Source: a bacterium
Lineage (GTDB): Bacteria; Elusimicrobiota; JBDRMW01; JBDROU01
Assembly (NCBI GenBank): GCA_043809745.1
Contig: JBDROU010000016.1
Coordinates: 1-34,879 of the forward strand
Direction of reading: 5' to 3'
DNA: 34,879 bases
Made by a program: the position numbers and the translations under genes. This document shows, piece by piece, positions 28,681-34,879 of the stretch. Position 1 is the stretch's first letter; each line of letters begins with the position of its first letter. Under the pieces are notes generated by a model that worked only from the letters and a program-made list of their open reading frames with translations, was not told where the DNA came from and did no database searches.

Positions 28681-29968
28681 TGACTACCCAGTTATGCGAC
28701 AGTAAATATAAGGCAAAGTTTTTATCTTTTACACGAATCTTAGTCTCATCAACAGGCCCAATAATCTGAAGCACAGGATTATGAATTAAATTAACCCTCT
28801 TTTTTGGCTTAAGGCGGTCATAATCTAGGGTAATAATTATATCTATCTGCGGCCTTAGAGGATATTGCGGATTTACAGCAACGACCTCAGCTATCTCACC
28901 TGAACTCAAACGCACATAGCTGCCTATAGGGTAGAGACCTATTATCTCAATAAATTTTTTTGTTAATTGAATATTAAAATCATTGCCTATCTCCCTTCCC
29001 TCTACCAGCCATCTGCAGACATCATGCGGGAGGAATCTGCCTCTGTAAGCTCTGTGATGGCTTAAGGCCTCATAAGTATCAAGCAACCCTATAATCTGCG
29101 CATAATTATGAATCTGTTCGCCTTTTATACCAGTTGGATATCCCGCTCCAGTCTGGCGTTCATGGCATTGATATACAACTTCTGCAATCAGCCTTTTCAA
29201 TTCTTCGGAAATAAAACTCAAGCCATAAATAATTTTTCTGCCTTCTTCTGAATGCTTTTTAATTTCTTCATATTCACTTTCGCTTAAACGCTCTATCTTG
29301 CTGATCAGTGCTGTTTTTCTAACTAAACCAAGATCGTGCAGTAATGCCGCTAACCCAAGATCAACGCATTCTTCTTTATTGTACCCTACAGCTAACCCTA
29401 AGCGGATAGATAATATACATACATTCACAACATGGCTGTACAAGTATTCAGGCGTTGTTATCCTGTTGGTAAACCGTAAAATAAAGTTATCATTGTCCGC
29501 AAACTTGTTTACAATATTTTTAATAAGCTCGAACAATTTTGAATCAAAATATTTATGATCAACATTTACAGTGCGGTAAAACTCTCTCACGCTTTTTAGC
29601 AGCCCAAAATACAACTCATTGGCCTCTTTATCCAACCTCGGATCTTCCGATTTTTCTTCCTGCCTAATCTCTTTGAGTTCACTAATGCCTATATCAACCG
29701 GAGGCATGGATACTTTCTTAGCGAAATGCAGTCCTTCTGAAGGTTCTTTTTGCATTCCTTTTCCTAAATCATAAGTTTGTGAATAAAATTTTGCCGGTGC
29801 TGGCGGGATAGACACAGGAGTGGCGGACTGCGGCGGCTGGGCGGGTGGTGCTGATGATTGTTGTTGTATTACTGGACCCTCAGGTTGAGGAAACGAAGTT
29901 GGTGAGCGTTCCTTCTCAAGCTGCTCAATCACCTTTTTCTTTTTTAATATATCAGAAATTCTTACCAT
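28673..29968 (-). CDS. HD-GYP domain c-di-GMP phosphodiesterase with Pro/Gln-rich N-terminal region
   Basis: 431 aa. The HD motif is LAALLHDLGL and the GYP motif is HERQTGAGYPTG. The N-terminal region of about 60 aa is low-complexity (PTSFPQPEGPVIQQQSSAPPAQPPQSATPVSIPPAPA). No REC domain is present. The gene overlaps the histidine kinase gene by 17 nt. Confidence 0.8.
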   Translation of the reverse strand: MVRISDILKKKKVIEQLEKERSPTSFPQPEGPVIQQQSSAPPAQPPQSATPVSIPPAPAKFYSQTYDLGKGMQKEPSEGLHFAKKVSMPPVDIGISELKEIRQEEKSEDPRLDKEANELYFGLLKSVREFYRTVNVDHKYFDSKLFELIKNIVNKFADNDNFILRFTNRITTPEYLYSHVVNVCILSIRLGLAVGYNKEECVDLGLAALLHDLGLVRKTALISKIERLSESEYEEIKKHSEEGRKIIYGLSFISEELKRLIAEVVYQCHERQTGAGYPTGIKGEQIHNYAQIIGLLDTYEALSHHRAYRGRFLPHDVCRWLVEGREIGNDFNIQLTKKFIEIIGLYPIGSYVRLSSGEIAEVVAVNPQYPLRPQIDIIITLDYDRLKPKKRVNLIHNPVLQIIGPVDETKIRVKDKNFALYLLSHNWVVIP

Positions 29969-31334
29969 GCTGGTTTATGTTGAAGTATAGTTTTACTACA
30001 GTCCCTTCATCACTTTCCACAGTAACTGCTCCATTGTGTATCTTCATAGTCCTTAAAACATTATATAGACCCAATCCCTGATGATGCGATTTCGTTGTAT
30101 AATATGGTTTAAATACAGAGTCTAACTGCTCTTTAGCTATACCCACTCCGGTATCGGTGACTGCAACACATACATTATTTATTTTCTCGTGAAATGAAAT
30201 CTCCACTGAAATCTTACCATCTTTTATTACTGCTTCCACTGCATTATTGAGTATATCTTTTACAGCTCTAACAATTGAGCTTTTATCTAAGATAACTTTC
30301 GGGATATTACTCTTATATTTTTTCTCAATACTAATAGATCTCTCGCGAAAAATAGGTTTAAGCTCTATTATAATGCTTTCTATCATATGCTCAATATTTT
30401 CTTCCTTAAAAGTAAGAGGTTTTCTGGTAGATACATCAAGGAAGTACAAAAGCATGCTCGACACCCTCTTTAATTCCGTTAATATCTGTACCAGTTCATC
30501 CAACAATGATTTATTTATTTTTCTACTTCCAAGCAGATTATTATAATAAATGATAATTTCAGTAATTATATCATGTAATTTAAGCGAAAAAGCGGTAGAT
30601 AAACCCTCTTGTTCCTGAAATTCTATCTCAAATCTAGTTTTTAACAATGCAAGCTCTGCTCCAGATTCATCGATTTTTTTCTCGAGCTCCTGCTTCGTCT
30701 TCTCTTTTTCCGCCAACAGTTTCTGCTCTTTCCCATTAATAATTTCTTCTAATCTATGCCTTTCTTCTCTTGCTTCTTCCAGTTGGGCTTCCAACTGCTT
30801 TTGCTGTTTTTCAAAATCCTCTTTTATGCTGGCAGTTTTTCTTTGAAGAGCTTCCTTCTCCAGCGCCAGATCAAGCATTATCTTCTGGCTTGCAAGGGCT
30901 ATAACAGCAGAAGGAGAGTGCAGCTCTGTCTCCTCGAGAACTTCACCCGGCATCAACCCTTTCCTGAGTATTATATTTCTTTTCTCCAGCTGCTGTATTT
31001 TTCTCTCAAGCCCGGATTGGGTTTGCACATTCTCCACTTCTTGTATTTTTGATTCCAGCTTTTGTTCATAAAGTTGTTTATCTTCGCTATAACGGTTTTC
31101 CAGCTCATGAATTCTAAATGTAAGGTTTCCCAGGGAAGATTTTAGGTTTGTTGATTCGCTTCTTAATGATTCCTTTTCTTGCTCAGCATTCTTAAAACGT
31201 TCATTCCAGAATAATCTCTCGTTTTCATATTTATTCTTCCAGTACTGAGGCGGCAAATCAAAAACCGAATCGGCAGGGCTATCCGTCTTTTGCTGATTAT
31301 AGTCGTCTTTTTTGATATTTTCTTCTTTATCCAT
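29952..31334 (-). CDS. cytoplasmic sensor histidine kinase with long N-terminal coiled coil (no TM, no cognate response regulator nearby)
   Basis: 460 aa. About 250 aa of E/K/Q-rich heptad sequence forms the N-terminal half. A putative H-box is KLHDIITEI. A complete HATPase_c domain follows (N-box ILNNAVEA, G1 DTGVGI, F-box VFKPYYTTK, G2 GLGLYNV). Confidence 0.75.
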   Translation of the reverse strand: MDKEENIKKDDYNQQKTDSPADSVFDLPPQYWKNKYENERLFWNERFKNAEQEKESLRSESTNLKSSLGNLTFRIHELENRYSEDKQLYEQKLESKIQEVENVQTQSGLERKIQQLEKRNIILRKGLMPGEVLEETELHSPSAVIALASQKIMLDLALEKEALQRKTASIKEDFEKQQKQLEAQLEEAREERHRLEEIINGKEQKLLAEKEKTKQELEKKIDESGAELALLKTRFEIEFQEQEGLSTAFSLKLHDIITEIIIYYNNLLGSRKINKSLLDELVQILTELKRVSSMLLYFLDVSTRKPLTFKEENIEHMIESIIIELKPIFRERSISIEKKYKSNIPKVILDKSSIVRAVKDILNNAVEAVIKDGKISVEISFHEKINNVCVAVTDTGVGIAKEQLDSVFKPYYTTKSHHQGLGLYNVLRTMKIHNGAVTVESDEGTVVKLYFNINQHGKNF

Positions 31335-31340
31335 ATTTCA

Positions 31341-31346
31341 TCCCCT
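31341..31346 (-). promoter_or_regulatory. Shine-Dalgarno-like site for the histidine kinase gene
   Basis: The minus-strand sequence reads ...ATAGGGGATGAAAT-ATG, placing GGGGA 6-7 nt upstream of the ATG at 31334. Confidence 0.4.
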
Positions 31347-31533
31347 ATGTTATTATATAATAATACCATTTTAATAAAAATATATTAATTAATTTAATAG
31401 GCCTGTTTTTTAACATCCGGAAGAACTTCTTTAGATAAACTTCATAGGAATTTCTTACTTACGGCAAGCATATCAAAAACCACAAAGGATTCTGCCGAGG
31501 CGCGAACTTTGTGAAAAATCTTTTAACAGATTA
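31347..31533 (-). promoter_or_regulatory. AT-rich intergenic region; probable promoter for the polysaccharide/regulatory operon and end of the upstream two-gene module
   Basis: This is the only sizeable non-coding gap (about 200 bp) on the minus strand between 1 and 34641. It is very AT-rich (ttattatataataataccattttaataaaaatatattaattaatttaat). The minus strand contains several TATAAT-like hexamers. No precise -35/-10 pair can be asserted. Confidence 0.3.
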
Positions 31534-32688
31534 CTAAGAAATTTTATCCCCGCAATTTGGACAAAATTTTGAACCTTGAGCGACTTCAACATTACATTTG
31601 CCGCATTTCACAGATTCAATCTTTACTTTATTCCCGCAATTTGAACAAAATTTCGAATTTCCTTCTATTTCGGTATCACAATTAGCGCATTTAATCTTGG
31701 GTTTCTCAACGGTTTTACCGCAATTGGAACAAAACTTTGAGCCTATCGGTACCGCTGTGTTGCAGTGAGGGCATACTATCCCCTGGTTCCCAGCCTGTTG
31801 ATTCTGCTGTTGTGCATTACCCATCATCTGATTTGCCATCTGACCGAAACCCGCCCCCATCCCCATTCCCATCCCCGCACCCATACCAGCACCCATCATA
31901 CCGCCCGCAGCGCCTTCATTTTTAGCCGCTCCTTCCATTGTGTCAAATGTCCTCTTGGTTTTATAAAGTTGATCGCCCATAAGCTTATACTCGGCTTTTT
32001 CGGCGAGCATTTTCTTCAATTTTTTAACGCTTTCATCTTCCTCAGGAACGTTAATTGAGCTTAAATAAAAGTTTACAATTTCAATTCCAAAATTAGCGAA
32101 TTCTCCGCTAACGCTTTCCTTTAAGGCTTTGGAAATTTCGTTGAGTTCAGTGCTGATTGTTAATATTGATATTTTATCATTTATTATTTTTTCTGATATA
32201 TAATCTTTTATTTTGGACATTAGTACGCCGCGAAAATAATCGAGTATGTTTTGCGCGGTAAATTCCGTCATAGTTCCAACCATACCGACAACAAGTTTTT
32301 GTGAATCATTCACCTTCATCCCGAATTGGCCGAATGCCCTGACCGGCACAAAAATTTGATATGCCGGTTCCAGAATAGGTATCGGCTCCCGCGTCCCCCA
32401 TTTTAGATCCATGTTTACTGCTTTATTGATATAATAGATCTCTGCTGCAAACGGTGTTTCATTCCCGAAAGGAATATTCACCAAGTTTCTTAACAATGGG
32501 ATATTGGCAGTTTTCAGCGTATGCGTACCGGGACCGAGCGTATCCAATATCTTTCCACCCTTAAAGAAAAGGACCTCCTGAGCCTGATTCACAATTACCT
32601 GTGTCCCCCATGATAACTGATCACTGGCCCACCTCCATACAAATACATCACCGGGTCCGTCATACTTAACGCGATCGATTAATGCCAT
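31534..32688 (-). CDS. SPFH/Band-7 family protein (YdjI-like, Band_7_1-type) with Gly/Met-rich linker and three C-terminal zinc ribbons
   Basis: 384 aa. The N-terminus MALIDRVKYDGPGDVFVWRWASDQLSWGTQVIVNQAQEVLFFKGGKILDTLGPGTHTLKTANIPLL matches the YdjI-like SPFH family. A low-complexity stretch GAAGGMMGAGMGAGMGMGMGAGFGQMANQMM follows. The C-terminus has three tandem CxxC-x11-CxxCG units. Confidence 0.75.
   Translation of the reverse strand: MALIDRVKYDGPGDVFVWRWASDQLSWGTQVIVNQAQEVLFFKGGKILDTLGPGTHTLKTANIPLLRNLVNIPFGNETPFAAEIYYINKAVNMDLKWGTREPIPILEPAYQIFVPVRAFGQFGMKVNDSQKLVVGMVGTMTEFTAQNILDYFRGVLMSKIKDYISEKIINDKISILTISTELNEISKALKESVSGEFANFGIEIVNFYLSSINVPEEDESVKKLKKMLAEKAEYKLMGDQLYKTKRTFDTMEGAAKNEGAAGGMMGAGMGAGMGMGMGAGFGQMANQMMGNAQQQNQQAGNQGIVCPHCNTAVPIGSKFCSNCGKTVEKPKIKCANCDTEIEGNSKFCSNCGNKVKIESVKCGKCNVEVAQGSKFCPNCGDKIS
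31537..31779 (-). repeat. three tandem ~84-bp coding repeats (zinc-ribbon modules)
   Basis: The DNA repeats ccgcaatttggacaaaattttgaacc / ccgcaatttgaacaaaatttcgaattt / ccgcaattggaacaaaactttgagcc at about 31550, 31635 and 31718. They encode C-x2-C-x11-C-x2-C-G units separated by KIK/KIE linkers. Confidence 0.7.
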
Positions 32689-32718
32689 AAAAACCTCCGT
32701 TAATTAAAATTTTATACT

Positions 32719-34641
32719 CTATCCTGCTCTGTATTTCGCTAACTCCTTCATTCTACAATATATTTCAGTACGTTTTCTATTTATTTGTAAGTTTACATCT
32801 GTTTTTGAAAGGCTGATACTCTTGCCAAAAGATTCCAGGAAATGACGCTCATCTTTTGAAATATCACCTTCAGCAAAGCTCATCTCAATCATCTCATCCA
32901 GCCAAACCCTGCCCTCTTTAAAACTTGAAGGATTTGGCATATCAATAGTACCGGCTTTATATGAAGCTGTAATTTCATCCAAATTTTGTTTAGGTAGTTT
33001 TCTCTTTGCCATATAAGATCTAATATATTTCATCTCTTTATCATCGATTTTGCCGTCTGCCATCATAACTGAATATATCCCATAAAGAAGGGCAACCGGA
33101 TCAACAACTTCAGGCAGTTTTATCTCTTCACATCTGGATTTAGCTTTCTCCTTCAACCTCATATCATTCCATTCTGTCCTGGTTATAATTGAAGAAAGCA
33201 TCCATTCTTTATTTTGATTTGCGACTTCCAGGCCGCAGTATTCGCATACAGATTGCATATTCGATGTAACCGGAGCCCCGCAACCCGGGCAGTGCGATGA
33301 TTGCAACCCCGATTCTGCATTTGTTTTTGCATTGCGCTTGCGTGAAAGCGTAAAAACATGGGAATAGAAATTTTTACTTGTATTTTTTTGCGGTTTGCCG
33401 TCAATATTTACAACCTTATACCCGCTCCAATTTATCAGGACATCTACCGTATCTAATAAATCTCCCTGGCAGACACGGCTTACTTCGGATACTCCGATGG
33501 CTATCTCATCATAATAATAATTCTCTTTCTTTATAAATGAATCAACCGAATCACAAAAATCTGCTACGGCCACCTTTTTCAAGAAATCCGTTTTCCCAGC
33601 AATTAATGCTTTATGATAACGCCAGAATATCACTGATGTCCGGTCTTCTACGAATTGTATGTTAAAAGCAGGATCCAGCTGTTGAAACTCCCATACACCG
33701 GGTATTTCTGAGATGCCTTCGCGTACGCGCCATTGTGACTCCTGCGTAATTTTTGAAAGAATCCAATCATATTCCCCGGAAGAGATGAGCGAGTTGCAGG
33801 AATCACATTTCACTGTATCGCTCATCTTCAGATAAGCTCCGCAATTCGGGCATGACCCTTCTATTAACCCGGGTTTTTCAGATGTTTTTGCTCCAGGCCT
33901 TCTTAAAAAAGTCCAATATTCCACAAAAGTTACGTTAGAAATATTGCTTCCGCGCACAATTCTTTTTGTCTCTGTAGAAATCCAGTAATCAACGGCTGAG
34001 GCATAAATCTTAATATTTATCGTTTCAAAATATGAATCAGATTGAACCGACACAATTTCACATTTATTAACCGCCATATTCTTCATTATATTAGCAATCT
34101 TCCATTTGTTCTGAATTTCGAATTGTATATTATATCGTTCTACAACACCATCTGAAACAAATGCCTGCACATTTTCCATATTTTTTTGTATCCAGGCTTC
34201 CTGAATCTTAAAGAAAGCGATGCGCACCCGTTTCAAAAACTTATCAGGATCAAATGACGGATCATGATTTTTTATTTTTTTATAAGATAAATTTATCATT
34301 GTTTCCGTTTGCCGCTGCCTGCCCCTTTTTATGGTATTTGAAACATGTACATCTTTTACTTTAGAACCGCCTTTCCATGAAAAAATCACAAACATAACCA
34401 GCAGCGGAACACCAATCACCGGATTTCTGAAAGCCAGATATATTAAAAGGCCCAATATATCGCCGCCACCGCTTCCGCCTCCACTGCCGTAATTACCGCC
34501 TCCACCGCCAAAAGAATCGCCGCCTCCGGCGCGCGCCCATACATATTCACTAATAAATACCAAAATCTCCGCTGTAATAAGAATAAAAATAAAGTTATAT
34601 TTTTTTATTAAATGTTTAATTCTATTTATAAAAACACCCAT
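32719..34641 (-). CDS. membrane protein: TM - Gly-rich segment - TM, then 2 x (Tim44-like/NTF2-like domain + zinc ribbon), then C-terminal TerB domain
   Basis: 640 aa. Two hydrophobic helices flank GGGDSFGGGGGNYGSGGGSGGGD. Tim44-like module 1 is RIAFFKIQEAWIQKNMENVQAFVSDGVVERYNIQFE...VTFVEYWTF, followed by CPNCGAYLKMSDTVKCDSC. Module 2 has the analogous region plus CPGCGAPVTSNMQSVCEYCG. The C-terminus has a TerB signature (VALLYGIYSVMMADGKIDDKEMKYIRSYM...EGDISKDERHFLESF). The stop lies 30 nt from the SPFH gene start. Confidence 0.65.
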   Translation of the reverse strand: MGVFINRIKHLIKKYNFIFILITAEILVFISEYVWARAGGGDSFGGGGGNYGSGGGSGGGDILGLLIYLAFRNPVIGVPLLVMFVIFSWKGGSKVKDVHVSNTIKRGRQRQTETMINLSYKKIKNHDPSFDPDKFLKRVRIAFFKIQEAWIQKNMENVQAFVSDGVVERYNIQFEIQNKWKIANIMKNMAVNKCEIVSVQSDSYFETINIKIYASAVDYWISTETKRIVRGSNISNVTFVEYWTFLRRPGAKTSEKPGLIEGSCPNCGAYLKMSDTVKCDSCNSLISSGEYDWILSKITQESQWRVREGISEIPGVWEFQQLDPAFNIQFVEDRTSVIFWRYHKALIAGKTDFLKKVAVADFCDSVDSFIKKENYYYDEIAIGVSEVSRVCQGDLLDTVDVLINWSGYKVVNIDGKPQKNTSKNFYSHVFTLSRKRNAKTNAESGLQSSHCPGCGAPVTSNMQSVCEYCGLEVANQNKEWMLSSIITRTEWNDMRLKEKAKSRCEEIKLPEVVDPVALLYGIYSVMMADGKIDDKEMKYIRSYMAKRKLPKQNLDEITASYKAGTIDMPNPSSFKEGRVWLDEMIEMSFAEGDISKDERHFLESFGKSISLSKTDVNLQINRKRTEIYCRMKELAKYRAG

Positions 34642-34805
34642 TTGTTTTTATACTCCTTTACTTTAATAGTATAAATGAATAGTACTGTTTTTCAAGAATA
34701 AGTATTAGTCCGTGGCAATCCCAGTTTTTTAAGTTAACCTTGACCACGCATTATTCACTTAGTATAATTTTATTGAAAATAGATTTTAGTAAATTTTTTC
34801 AAACA

Positions 34806-34811
34806 GGAGGG
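34806..34811 (+). promoter_or_regulatory. Shine-Dalgarno (AGGAGG) for the plus-strand lipoprotein gene
   Basis: AGGAGG is followed by an 8-nt spacer (gcaaaaat) and then ATG at 34820. Confidence 0.6.
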
Positions 34812-34819
34812 CAAAAATA

Positions 34820-34879
34820 ATGAAATACTTAATTACAGCCTTGCTTTTCGCAGCTTTATTAAGTTCCAGCGGATGCGTT
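34820..34879 (+). CDS. 5' end of a probable lipoprotein gene (runs off the window)
   Basis: The sequence ATGAAATACTTAATTACAGCCTTGCTTTTCGCAGCTTTATTAAGTTCCAGCGGATGCGTT translates to MKYLITALLFAALLSSSGCV. This is a signal peptide ending in a lipobox-like LSSSGC. It is the only plus-strand coding start in the window. Confidence 0.6.
   Translation, partial: MKYLITALLFAALLSSSGCV

Noticed and set aside
892-32058. All plus-strand ORFs in the supplied track. Examples are 892-1113, 1994-2362, 2374-2697, 2937-3179, 4759-5460, 5496-5795, 5826-6125, 6691-6924, 7937-8275, 9151-9510, 12278-12607, 13081-13494, 24828-25310, 26842-27168, 28284-28643, 30247-30546, 30756-31052 and 31765-32058.
   Set aside because: Each lies entirely antisense to a minus-strand gene that has a clear family-level identity. 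Their translations are low-complexity (S/N/P/L/I/F-rich) with no recognisable motifs. They are the shadow ORFs expected in an AT-rich genome.
1-34879. CRISPR arrays, IS elements or transposases, tRNA or rRNA genes, prophage or integrase signatures
   Set aside because: No direct-repeat/spacer periodicity, no transposase or integrase-like ORF, and no tRNA-like cloverleaf stretches were seen. The non-coding space is limited to a few short gaps.

Overview
This is an AT-rich bacterial window, and almost all of it is coding on the minus strand. The lineage cannot be assigned from sequence alone.

Positions 1-31334 read as one very long co-directional operon-like array of about 27 genes with overlapping or near-touching stop/start codons. 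Transcribed from high to low coordinates, it contains:
- a regulatory head: a cytoplasmic coiled-coil histidine kinase, an HD-GYP c-di-GMP phosphodiesterase, and two small membrane proteins, one carrying a periplasmic CBM48-like glycan-binding domain;
- a Wzy-dependent polysaccharide export core (Wza, Wzc BY-kinase, Wzy, Wzx);
- a TagF-like GT-B protein, three GT4 glycosyltransferases plus a methyltransferase-GT4 fusion, a hexapeptide acetyltransferase, an AsnB-like amidotransferase and a UDP-sugar dehydrogenase;
- a complete GDP-route legionaminic-acid-type nonulosonic acid pathway (PtmE-like CBS-nucleotidyltransferase, LegB, LegC, LegH, LegG, LegI, CMP-transferase);
- a WbuX/HisH/HisF-like amidotransferase triad predicted to make an acetamidino sugar;
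- a housekeeping-type purU that is translationally coupled to the end.

Between this operon and a divergent lipoprotein gene at the right edge lies a separate two-gene module (31534-34641). One gene encodes a membrane protein with two Tim44-like/NTF2-like domains, each followed by a zinc ribbon, plus a C-terminal TerB domain. The other encodes a YdjI-like SPFH/Band-7 protein with a Gly/Met-rich linker and three tandem CxxC...CxxCG zinc ribbons. This module is the best candidate for a poorly described membrane-stress or defence-associated system.

No rRNA, tRNA, CRISPR array or transposase was seen. All plus-strand ORFs in the track except the last few bases appear to be antisense shadows.
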